A stretch of 64,000 nt of DNA from Candidatus Saccharimonadota bacterium. GTDB lineage: Bacteria > Patescibacteriota > Saccharimonadia > Saccharimonadales > Saccharimonadaceae. Positions 44,177 through 52,897 of this stretch are shown here, one piece after another. The stretch lies in assembly GCA_009786195.1 (NCBI GenBank), contig WQTP01000043.1, positions 24,503 through 88,502 on the forward strand. Direction: 5' to 3'. The notes below the pieces were generated by a model, which was not told the DNA's origin, ran no database searches, and was given only the letters and a program-made list of their open reading frames with translations. Both the position numbers and the translations under genes were made by a program. Numbering within the stretch: position 1 is the stretch's first letter; each line of letters opens with the position of its first letter.

Positions 44177-44631
44177 TTACGAAAGCAACTTTTTAAGATT
44201 ATCAGCGAATTCACTTTTCAGGAGATTTTCTAAGAATTTCGATTTGTTATCCGGTATTTCGTCGAGCGAATACCATTTCCAACCAAGGCATTTTTCGGGT
44301 TCCATTACCTTTGGTTCACCCCCCCCCGCGCGTAATCAGCGGCGATGGCGATTGTGATGTAATGGCGGTCGTCATCCAGCATCACGTCGTTGGTTACACC
44401 CAAAAAACGCGCGTTGGTAATTTTAATACCAGTTTCTTCCATAACTTCGCGTTCGGCACACTCTTCCCAGGTTTCGCCGAATTCTAAATGACCGCCTGGT
44501 GCGGCAAACATGTTCGCCTGGTGCGCACCAATGCGTTCGCCCATCAATAATTTGCTATCCTTTATGATGTAAACGCCGATACCGACTCCTGGGCGTTTTG
44601 ATTTACTGGACATGTTACTATTTATCTCCAA
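44177..44631 (-). pseudogene. Nudix hydrolase interrupted by a frameshift in a G9 homopolymer (or assembly error)
   Basis: The Nudix box is GGHLEFGETWEECAEREVMEETG. The ORF stops 4 codons after the G9 tract (plus-strand C9, 44319-44327). Adding 1 G or removing 2 G continues the frame as GEPKVMEPEKCLGWKWYSLDEIPDNK...LLS* to 44177, giving a normal ~151-aa Nudix protein. Confidence 0.75.
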
Positions 44632-45199
44632 AATTGCTAATTATGTTGTCTACTTGGGCAAACATGCTGTCAAAATCGCTATCGTTCAACACATAATAAT
44701 CAGCAAAGGCAATCGGCCCGCCTTTTTCTAGGTTTTCGATTTCTGACATATCACGCACTATAACATCTTTCAGCGCATATTGTCGTCGCGCATCCACTCG
44801 GTTTATTGCGCGCTGGTAACGCATTTTTTTCGGCACCACCACAGCAATGGTCAGAAGATCATCGCCAAATTCTTCACGCAAAAATTTATCCTCGCTCCAA
44901 CTGTACAGTCCATCCAGTATTACTGTTTCGGCGCCGCCTGCCAGCAACTCATGTGCTTTGGCCGCTGCGCGTTTCGCCAACACCGCCGGTCCTTCCAAGC
45001 GCCGCATATCTTCGCGCACGAATTTTTCGTCTTTTACTACATCCAGACCACGCTTAGCTACTTCTTCGTAAACCATACCACCAAAATAAACTTTCGGCCA
45101 GTTGAATTTTTCAATCAAATATTCTACGACCACACTCTTGCCGCTGCCAGTCATGCCGACCAGAGCGATAATTTTTGGTGAATTATTGGAGGTACTCAT
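44618..45199 (-). CDS. P-loop nucleotide kinase-like protein (dephospho-CoA kinase / dNMP kinase-like)
   Basis: Walker A is [15 protein letters not shown]. The protein is 193 aa. The family assignment is tentative. Confidence 0.5.
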   Translation of the reverse strand: MSTSNNSPKIIALVGMTGSGKSVVVEYLIEKFNWPKVYFGGMVYEEVAKRGLDVVKDEKFVREDMRRLEGPAVLAKRAAAKAHELLAGGAETVILDGLYSWSEDKFLREEFGDDLLTIAVVVPKKMRYQRAINRVDARRQYALKDVIVRDMSEIENLEKGGPIAFADYYVLNDSDFDSMFAQVDNIISNFGDK

Positions 45200-46277
45200 A
45201 TAATTTCCTGGTATCCTTGTTTTTACGTAATTTATTTAAGGCTTTGGCTTCGATTTGGCGGATGCGTTCGCGAGTGACGGCGAATTCGGCACCGACTTCT
45301 TCCAGCGTGTGCGGACGGTCGCCATCGAGGCCAAAACGCATTTTGATAATCTTCTTTTCCCGATCATTCAGGCCGTTAACCACATCTAGAACCTGCTCGC
45401 GCAGTAGTTCCGTGCTGGCGGCGTCTTCGGGTTTGATAGCTGAATCGTCCTCAACAAAGTTGCCAAGCTCGGAACTATCATCGTCATCACTACCACCGAT
45501 CGTAGCGTCCAGACTCTGGATTTCTTGTTTGATTTTGAAAACATATTTTATTTTTTCGGACGTGTCGTCCATCGCTTCGGCCAGCTCGTCGATAGTCGGT
45601 TCGCGGTTGAGTTCCTGGGTCAGACGACGCTGGACGCGCAACAATTTGTTGATCGTTTCAACCATGTGCACCGGAATGCGGATAGTGCGAGCCTGGTCGG
45701 CGATGGCGCGGGTGATAGCTTGGCGGATCCACCATGTCGCGTAGGTACTGAATTTGAAACCTTTGTCCGGATCGAATTTTTCGACCGCCCGCATCAGACC
45801 AGTGTTACCTTCCTGAATTAAATCAAGAAAATCCAAACCGCGGTTGCTGTAACGTTTGGCGATCGACACCACCAAACGCATGTTGGCCTCGGCCATTTGG
45901 TCTTTGGGTCGTTTCAGTTTCTTGGCTTTGATGCGCAACTTATCACGCTGATGTCTTAGTTCGGTTTTCTTTTCGTTGGTCAAATCTGGTTTTTTCAACC
46001 GCTCGATCAATTTAGTCAGTTTTTCTTCTGTCTTGGCCAAAGGTCCAGCGTTTTCAACGATCCGCGCCGCTAGTTCGTTTTCTTCATCTTGAGTTAATAG
46101 TGGAATTCGCCCGATCTCGCGCAGATAAACTCGCACTGAATCGTCGGTCATTTCTTCGAGATCAGTTGGTTCAATCACTGCGTCGTCAGCTAAATCCTCG
46201 TCAGCCAAATCTTCAATATCTGGCTCATCCACAAAATCAAGCTCATCGTTCATCAGCTCATCATCTAGATCACTCAT
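45183..46277 (-). CDS. rpoD: RNA polymerase primary sigma factor
   Basis: Region 2 is [29 protein letters not shown] and region 4 is ...[24 protein letters not shown]. The start is set to ATG 46277 (MSDLDD), 8 nt downstream of TGCTACAAT (46286-46294). Confidence 0.92.
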   Translation of the reverse strand: MSDLDDELMNDELDFVDEPDIEDLADEDLADDAVIEPTDLEEMTDDSVRVYLREIGRIPLLTQDEENELAARIVENAGPLAKTEEKLTKLIERLKKPDLTNEKKTELRHQRDKLRIKAKKLKRPKDQMAEANMRLVVSIAKRYSNRGLDFLDLIQEGNTGLMRAVEKFDPDKGFKFSTYATWWIRQAITRAIADQARTIRIPVHMVETINKLLRVQRRLTQELNREPTIDELAEAMDDTSEKIKYVFKIKQEIQSLDATIGGSDDDDSSELGNFVEDDSAIKPEDAASTELLREQVLDVVNGLNDREKKIIKMRFGLDGDRPHTLEEVGAEFAVTRERIRQIEAKALNKLRKNKDTRKLYEYLQ

Positions 46278-46316
46278 TCGATAATATTGTAGCACGAAGT
46301 CTCTGGAAAGTAAAAG

Positions 46317-47549
46317 TTAAGCCGTTTTTCGTTTGAATAACCCTTTGAGCGAAAGTTTTTTGCTGTATTCCACCGCACCAGTTTGAAACAATCGTGCAGC
46401 GATGATAAACACAGTAACAGCCGTAGTTGTTAAAATCGCAATACCAATAATGACTTCCCAAACATTAAGATTACCCACCGCATTCCTGAGCATTAATGGC
46501 ACTGGTGCTGTGAATGGGAAAAAAGTGATAAACGAAATCGCCGAATTAGTTGTATTAGTGATCATCATTGGTGCAATATACAGTGGTGCAAAAATCAAAA
46601 GGATTGGAATAGCAAAAAATTGATTAGCTTCTTTGGCAGTTGGCATGGCTGCACCAATAGCCACTAATAATCCGCTGAATAACATTAAGCTAGATGTAAA
46701 AATCAGAAAACTTACTAAGATTCGCGCTGGATCCAGGGGAATTTGCGACAAGTCAAACGACGGTAAATTCAAGTGATTTTTAAGCACCAGATACGCTGCT
46801 ATCACAAAACCAAGGACTACCGCCATCTGAATAACAATCAACGTCAAAAAAGCAAAGATTTTACCAACGATCAATGTTCGTGCTCGAATTGTTGTTAGAA
46901 TAATCTCGCTGACACGATTTTCTTTTTCTTCAACTACAGCGTTCATCATTTGTCCACCAAATGTGGCAATTATCAGATAAAACAGAACCAGAAAGATACC
47001 TGGCGCAATCATTTCCATCATTGGATTATAATTTTCGCCATTGCGAAAAGTTTGTACTTCAAAATTAACTTGGTTGGTTAGAATCGCTATAGTTTCCGCG
47101 TTGGTTTGTGCTAATGTTGAAGCTTGCAACAGCGATTGAGCAACTGCTTGATATCTGCTATTCTCAAAAATACCGACACTTTGAGCGTAAATTTCTACGT
47201 GATTTTTAGCTAAATCTTTCGGATAATAAAAATATGCGTCGAGCTGACCAGATGTAACTTTTTTGATACCATCAGCTCTGTTTGAAATTGTTTTAGCACC
47301 AACTTGTTCAATGGTTTCTGGTGAAATTATATTACTATCGTCGGTCAGGGCAATTGAGAATTTTTCCTTAACCAAGTCCGCACTGGCTGTTTCGCTCTGA
47401 TTTCCCGCATAATAAGTTAACCCGAATATCCCAGCAATCAATATTGGGAAGGCTAAAACGCCAGCCCAAAAACTCTTCTTTTTGAGAGTTCTAACTACTT
47501 CAAAACGATAAACTGTCGCGAAGTTGTGGCCAAAAAATCGACGTCTCAT
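46317..47549 (-). CDS. ABC-2 type transporter permease (NatB-like)
   Basis: It has an N-terminal TM helix, a large extracytoplasmic loop and 5 C-terminal TM helices. It overlaps the ATPase gene by 4 nt. Confidence 0.7.
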   Translation of the reverse strand: MRRRFFGHNFATVYRFEVVRTLKKKSFWAGVLAFPILIAGIFGLTYYAGNQSETASADLVKEKFSIALTDDSNIISPETIEQVGAKTISNRADGIKKVTSGQLDAYFYYPKDLAKNHVEIYAQSVGIFENSRYQAVAQSLLQASTLAQTNAETIAILTNQVNFEVQTFRNGENYNPMMEMIAPGIFLVLFYLIIATFGGQMMNAVVEEKENRVSEIILTTIRARTLIVGKIFAFLTLIVIQMAVVLGFVIAAYLVLKNHLNLPSFDLSQIPLDPARILVSFLIFTSSLMLFSGLLVAIGAAMPTAKEANQFFAIPILLIFAPLYIAPMMITNTTNSAISFITFFPFTAPVPLMLRNAVGNLNVWEVIIGIAILTTTAVTVFIIAARLFQTGAVEYSKKLSLKGLFKRKTA

Positions 47550-48346
47550 TTATTCCCCTTTCGCCTGTTTCTTTTATCTGAACTTTTCATTTCGTTCAAC
47601 GAAAAACGTTCTCCAATTTCATCTGTATCGCCGTAAATTTGAATGAAAATTTCTTCAATATGAGCACCATCATATTTTTTACGCACCGCTGCGACTGTGC
47701 CGTATTCTTTCGCCGCACCGTCCTTGAGCAACAGAACGCGATCGCACAATCGTTCAATTTCGTCCATCTGATGCGATACCATCATGATCGTCGCGCCGCG
47801 CTTCCTAAGATCCGCAATCATATCCATGAGTAGACGACGATTTACGGGATCGAAACCTTTGGTTGGTTCATCGAGAATCAACAGTTCGGGATCGCCCATA
47901 ATGGTGATACCGAGTTGAACTTTTTGTTGTTGACCGCCGGAAAGTTTATCTAGTCGCATCTGTTGATATCCCGTGAGACCAACTTTTGCCAAATATTCCA
48001 GAGCAAATTGGTAAGCATCATCGCGCAACATGCCCTTTAACTGACCAAAATAAACCATTGTGTCAATCACACTTTCTTTTTTATATAACCCACGTTCTTC
48101 CGGTAAGTAACCAATTCTGGTTTTCCCCGCAACATCATAAGGTTGATTATTAATCAGCAGCTCGCCGTGCGTCGGTTCATAGATACCCAGCAGCGCTCTA
48201 AGAGTTGTGGTTTTGCCGCTGCCGTTACTACCCAAAAAACCAAAAGTTTCACCGCGATGAACTTCGAATGATAAATCGCGAATAACCGTTTTGTTACCAA
48301 AACGCATTGCGAAATTTTTGACTTCGATAATATTTTTAGTCGTCAT
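47546..48346 (-). CDS. ABC transporter ATP-binding protein (NatA-like)
   Basis: GSNGSGKTT, LSGGQQQKV and LILDEPTKGFD. Confidence 0.85.
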   Translation of the reverse strand: MTTKNIIEVKNFAMRFGNKTVIRDLSFEVHRGETFGFLGSNGSGKTTTLRALLGIYEPTHGELLINNQPYDVAGKTRIGYLPEERGLYKKESVIDTMVYFGQLKGMLRDDAYQFALEYLAKVGLTGYQQMRLDKLSGGQQQKVQLGITIMGDPELLILDEPTKGFDPVNRRLLMDMIADLRKRGATIMMVSHQMDEIERLCDRVLLLKDGAAKEYGTVAAVRKKYDGAHIEEIFIQIYGDTDEIGERFSLNEMKSSDKRNRRKGNK

Positions 48347-48347
48347 A

Positions 48348-51047
48348 CTAATTTATTTTATCATAACGTCGCTTCACGATCATCCCCACCCCGCTACAAA
48401 CTAACAAACCAACAATTAGAGTTAGTTCAATCGCAGAATTTCTAGTGAATCCAGTATTCGGTGGTCCAGGTATGACGGGAGGAGTTGATTTATTGATAAT
48501 ATTCCACCTAGTGTTAGGGTTGCTGGCGACAGTCAGGTCAACGCTTGGGCTTAATTGTGATCCTGGAATAGTTATGGTTATAGCATCAGTATTAGTTGTG
48601 ATTGGGGTGCCGCTGAATATCACTGAGATGGTTGTGTCACCGGACATTACTACGGATTCTACTGTAGCAGTCAGACCATTTGGGATATTAGTGAACCAAC
48701 TAGTGATATCGGTAGTGGCCGGGATATCCCGCATTCTAATACCAGCACCAATAGCAATATTGGTCAGAGTAATAACAGCAGTTTGAGGCTCTAGGATAGT
48801 TTCTACTTGACCACTTACTACTACTTCGGATATTGTAGCCATAGCCGTTGTGATATTCCATTTAGTATTTGGATTGGATTCAACAGTCAGATTAGCACCA
48901 GATGACAACACGGACGCCGGGATAGTTATATCCATAGCGTCAGAAGAAGTGGTCGTAGGAATTCCGCTGAAAGTTACTGGGATAGAAATTGATCCGGCAG
49001 GAACGGTGGTGGTAACTGTGGCAATTAGCCCAGCAGGGATATTTGTGAACCAGGCAGACACGTCAGTGCCAGCCGGGATGCTGTTCGTTTTGACGCCGCC
49101 GAGCGTAATAGTGACAGTTTTGGGAACTAAATCCACATCTGTCCAACCAATGACGGTTATGTTAGATACTTCGGCGGAATCCGGACCGGAGTAAAACACT
49201 ACACTACCCTTTTCTGTACTGGTTGTTGGCGTCCATTCGGTGTTATTCGGAAACGTCACTAACTTACTAGGTACTTGCGCTCCGCAATCGGGCGTTGGGG
49301 TAGCCACCGCACATGAAGTACCATCGGTGCGATACCAGTTAAGACCAGCATAGATGCCGGTGGGGGCGGTGATGTTGCGGGTGTCGGCGTTGTAGGTTGG
49401 GATCACTTGGCTGGCAGTGATATTGTCAACTATTGGGTAATCATCAGGCGTGCCAGTAGGACCGATCTTTGTAGTATAAGGAGCATAAAAGTTTTGGGTT
49501 TTAACTATCGTCGGACCTATCATAAAAGTAGCTGTACGAGTAGCATAGTCAGAGAAAGTGTGGGTAAACATGTCGCTGAGGTTGATACCACTACTGGTGT
49601 CGAGAGAGTCGAACAGGCCAGCGGGGATGGTGGCGATGGTGGAGTTCCCAGCGTACATCGTGAAAGTACCTCTAAACATCTCGCTAAAGTCGATACCGCT
49701 ACTGGTATCGAGAGCATCAAATAGGCCGGCCGGGATGGTGGCGGTGGTGGAGTTATAGGCGTAGTTAGGGAAGGTATAGCTAAACATACTGTAAAAATAA
49801 GTACCGCTACTGGTATCGAGAGCATCAAATAGGCCGGCCGGGATGGTGGCGGTGGTGGAGTTATAGGCGCAGTCCCAGAAAGTGCCTTGGAACATCTCGC
49901 TAAAGTCGATACCACTACTAGTATCAAGAGAATCAAACAGATCGGCTGGGATGGTGGCGGTGGTGGAGTTGTAAGCGTACTGACTGAAAGTACCGCCAAA
50001 CATGCCGTAAAAGTCGATACCACTACTGGTATCAAGAGAATCAAACAGATCGGCTGGGATGGTGGCGGTGGTGGAGTTATAGGCGTAGCTATAGAAGGTA
50101 TAGTTAAACATGTAGCTGAGGTTGATACCACTACTAGTATCAATAGAGTCGAACAGATCGGCTGGGATGGTGGCGGTGGTAGAGTTCATAGCGTAGCCAG
50201 AGAAAGTCCTGTAAAACATGTAGCTGAGGTTGATACCACTACTGGTGTCGAGAAAATCAAACAGGCCGGCTGGGATGGCGGCAATAGTAGAGTTTTGGGC
50301 GTAGCCAGAGAAAGTCCTGTAAAACATGCCGTAAAAGTTAGAGTCGCCAGTTGTGCTAATATTGGCGAATATATTACTTGGGATCTCGGTAGTATTAGTA
50401 ATGTAATCGAATACGTAGGCAAAACGATAGCTTGAACCCTTGGTGCGCATTAGGTTAGTGAAGGGTGTATCGATAGATTTGAATATATATCTATTTGAGT
50501 AGTCATTTGCACCGTTAGCGCTGTTACCGAAGCCAAAGGCGTTGAACCAGCCGTTGGCAGTGACAACTGGGCGAATGGTGATTTGGTATTGCCCTGCTGT
50601 CGCATAGGTGTGCGAGATACCCGCAGAGGTAGCACTGCCGGTCCCGGAAACCGTTTGCTCAGCGCCACCATCTCCCCAATTTATTATCCAATTATAGACG
50701 TGGTTTGATGCGCCGTTGACATAACCAGAGGTTGGTATGGCAAACACCCTACCTGTGCCAGTCGTTGCGCCTGTACTGTTTAACCGTGTATCAATCGTAA
50801 ACGCAAAGCACTCCGGATTACCAGCGCAGTTGGTGATAGTTAATGGATCAGCCGCCAAAACTGCTCCTACTGGCTGTGGATTATTAAATTGTCCTAAAAT
50901 ACTAACCATGCTCGCAACCAACAACGTTACCACAGTAAATATCGCTCCGCCTTTTCGCACAGCCCGAATCCTAAAACTCGGTTGCTTGTTAACTTGGCGG
51001 CGGTGCACAATCCGTTTGCACCTACTAATAATTTTTGATCTTGTCAT
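48348..51047 (-). CDS. Large cell-surface repeat protein: PKD-like segment, 8 x 36-aa BspA/DUF285-like repeats, two ~110-aa Ig-like repeats, PPNTG sorting-like signal
   Basis: The signal/TM segment is GAIFTVVTLLVASMVSIL and the PKD-like motif is NWGDGG...SHTYATAGQYQITI. The repeat unit is IPAxLFDxLDTSSGIxxxxMFxxTFxxYAxNSTTAT. The C-terminus reads PPNTG, then a hydrophobic stretch, then KRRYDKIN. The ORF track start is 51074; ATG 51047 (MTRSK) is also possible. Confidence 0.75.
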   Translation of the reverse strand: MTRSKIISRCKRIVHRRQVNKQPSFRIRAVRKGGAIFTVVTLLVASMVSILGQFNNPQPVGAVLAADPLTITNCAGNPECFAFTIDTRLNSTGATTGTGRVFAIPTSGYVNGASNHVYNWIINWGDGGAEQTVSGTGSATSAGISHTYATAGQYQITIRPVVTANGWFNAFGFGNSANGANDYSNRYIFKSIDTPFTNLMRTKGSSYRFAYVFDYITNTTEIPSNIFANISTTGDSNFYGMFYRTFSGYAQNSTIAAIPAGLFDFLDTSSGINLSYMFYRTFSGYAMNSTTATIPADLFDSIDTSSGINLSYMFNYTFYSYAYNSTTATIPADLFDSLDTSSGIDFYGMFGGTFSQYAYNSTTATIPADLFDSLDTSSGIDFSEMFQGTFWDCAYNSTTATIPAGLFDALDTSSGTYFYSMFSYTFPNYAYNSTTATIPAGLFDALDTSSGIDFSEMFRGTFTMYAGNSTIATIPAGLFDSLDTSSGINLSDMFTHTFSDYATRTATFMIGPTIVKTQNFYAPYTTKIGPTGTPDDYPIVDNITASQVIPTYNADTRNITAPTGIYAGLNWYRTDGTSCAVATPTPDCGAQVPSKLVTFPNNTEWTPTTSTEKGSVVFYSGPDSAEVSNITVIGWTDVDLVPKTVTITLGGVKTNSIPAGTDVSAWFTNIPAGLIATVTTTVPAGSISIPVTFSGIPTTTSSDAMDITIPASVLSSGANLTVESNPNTKWNITTAMATISEVVVSGQVETILEPQTAVITLTNIAIGAGIRMRDIPATTDITSWFTNIPNGLTATVESVVMSGDTTISVIFSGTPITTNTDAITITIPGSQLSPSVDLTVASNPNTRWNIINKSTPPVIPGPPNTGFTRNSAIELTLIVGLLVCSGVGMIVKRRYDKIN
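49530..50384 (-). repeat. Tandem ~108-bp coding repeats (8 units) within the surface protein gene
   Basis: For example, ATAGGCCGGCCGGGATGGTGGCGGTGGTGGAGTTATAGGCG recurs at 49721 and 49829 (108-bp period). Confidence 0.85.
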
Positions 51048-51130
51048 TACACACCCTTCCCAGCAACCAACCACACTAGGCTACCAATATTCGTACTTTA
51101 AATTTAAACATAACCATTTAATCACACCAC

Positions 51131-52897
51131 TTATTGAATGTCAATTCCACGCTGTTGTTTGCGCCAGAGTTTTGCATAAAGTTTACCATTTTTTAGAAGT
51201 TCATCGTGCGTACCGTCCTCAATAATCTGACCGTCGTCAATCACGATAATTCGATCCATATCAGAAAGTGTTGATAATCGATGCGCCACCACCATAGCGG
51301 TTTTACCGCGCAGGATATCTTTGAAACTGTCCTTGATAATCTGTTCGCTCTCGCTATCGAGTGCGCTGGTCGCTTCGTCCAGGATCATTACTGGCGCATC
51401 CTGTAACAGCGCCCGCGCAATCGCCACGCGCTGTTTTTGCCCACCAGACAACTTAACACCACGCTCGCCTACGATACTGTCCATACCCCTAGTTAACTTA
51501 TCGACAAACTCGGTGGCATGAGCGCGTCGCAACACTTTCATGATTTCCTCTTCGGTTGCTTCGGGTTTTGCCAGGATAACATTATCACGAATCGATCGAT
51601 GTAACAGCAGCGGTTCTTGCGGCACATAGGCAATTTGGGCGTGTAAATCGGTTTGTCGAACATCGCGCACATCAATATCATCGATTTTCACGCTTCCAGC
51701 GGCGACATCATTAAAACGCAGAATAAGTTTTGCCAGTGTTGATTTACCAGCACCGCTAAGTCCCACCACACCCAATTTTTGTCCGCGCGGAATTTTTAGC
51801 GACAGGCCGCGAAATACTTCTGTACCCCCCCCCACTTCATCGCGATAAGTAAAATCAACATCCTTCAGCTCAATCGCACCCTGCACATGGTCAAATTTTA
51901 TCGGTTTTTTCGGATCTACGATTTTGTTTTCACGATTCAAAATTTCAAACGCTGGTACAATTTGATCAACCAAATCGTCGTGTTCATAAGTGTTTTCTTC
52001 CAATGTGTAAATCGCCATTAAAATCGTGTTGGCATAGGTCGCTACCAACACCGCCGTGGTCAAATCAATCTGTCCGGCCTTTGCCAATCCCACCACCATC
52101 AACATCAGAACGAGGAAGAACGACACCGAAATCATTTCTCGACCTGCCGCAAAAAGTGATTGGAAATTATATCGTCGACTGAACGCTTTCGCCTCAATCA
52201 GAGCATGATTCTCAACTTGTTTAATAATCGCACGCTCCCGGCCCGAAGCTCGAACTGCCACCACATTAGAAATCGCATCCGAAAATACTCCTGAGTGTTT
52301 CTTGTAAAGTTCCCGAGTATATGTGCGCATTTTATCCAACCTGCCCGATGACCACAATATCCAGATCGTCTGAACTGTTCCCAAAACCAGCACCCCTATA
52401 CCGAGTATCCAATTGAAAAAGAAAATCACAATTATCGGAAAGAAAATCCCGAAAATCGTAATCAGGTATTGTTGGCGCCAGGCTCGCACTAACTTTATTG
52501 TGCCGTCAAGAAATTGACGCGTGGCCGTGGTTAAATACCCCGACATGTTTGAATTGAAATACTCAATATCGGTGGTGATGAGCTTAGAAAAATATTCCTT
52601 AGTCAGCATAGTATATGTAGGTTGTTCACCTTTCGTACTGATGAATCGCACTAATGGCGAAATCACACCAATCGTGAATGAACCACCGACGAACCACCAA
52701 ACCGCTATGACCGCTCCATCGTAATTTCCATCGGCCAAACGAGTAATTATCTGCGCTAACGCCACCGGCATGATGACCAATTTGGCGATTTGCGAAATCA
52801 ACCTAAGGATAAAAGAAATTCGCACGTAGATATTTTTACCGTAACTCCGCCACAAAAGTTTATAAACTTTACTGTAGTTTTTTAATCCTCGAAACAT
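51131..52897 (-). CDS. ABC exporter, fused permease/ATPase (MsbA/type I exporter-like)
   Basis: A 6-TM N-terminal half is followed by GLSGAGKST, LSGGQKQRV and MILDEATSALD. The start is set to ATG 52897, sharing one base with the dnaG stop (TAATG). A G9 tract at 51825-51833 is in frame (VGGGT). Confidence 0.85.
   Translation of the reverse strand: MFRGLKNYSKVYKLLWRSYGKNIYVRISFILRLISQIAKLVIMPVALAQIITRLADGNYDGAVIAVWWFVGGSFTIGVISPLVRFISTKGEQPTYTMLTKEYFSKLITTDIEYFNSNMSGYLTTATRQFLDGTIKLVRAWRQQYLITIFGIFFPIIVIFFFNWILGIGVLVLGTVQTIWILWSSGRLDKMRTYTRELYKKHSGVFSDAISNVVAVRASGRERAIIKQVENHALIEAKAFSRRYNFQSLFAAGREMISVSFFLVLMLMVVGLAKAGQIDLTTAVLVATYANTILMAIYTLEENTYEHDDLVDQIVPAFEILNRENKIVDPKKPIKFDHVQGAIELKDVDFTYRDEVGGGTEVFRGLSLKIPRGQKLGVVGLSGAGKSTLAKLILRFNDVAAGSVKIDDIDVRDVRQTDLHAQIAYVPQEPLLLHRSIRDNVILAKPEATEEEIMKVLRRAHATEFVDKLTRGMDSIVGERGVKLSGGQKQRVAIARALLQDAPVMILDEATSALDSESEQIIKDSFKDILRGKTAMVVAHRLSTLSDMDRIIVIDDGQIIEDGTHDELLKNGKLYAKLWRKQQRGIDIQ
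51825..51833 (-). repeat. Homopolymer C9 (G9 on coding strand)
   Basis: Counted directly: 6 c (51825-51830) + 3 c (51831-51833). Confidence 0.95.

Noticed and set aside
45175-45744. 189-aa plus-strand ORF (and 45525-45821) opposite rpoD
   Set aside because: It lies entirely antisense to a very well-supported sigma-70 gene. The translation is Ser/Arg-rich low complexity with no motif, promoter or SD. It is a typical shadow ORF.
49407-50435. Alternative-frame and antisense ORFs (207 aa on the minus strand; 105, 66 and 182 aa on the plus strand) in the surface-protein repeat region
   Set aside because: They are periodic Pro/Thr/Gly-rich translations that simply mirror the 108-bp tandem repeat. 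The main frame has coherent domain architecture along its full length.
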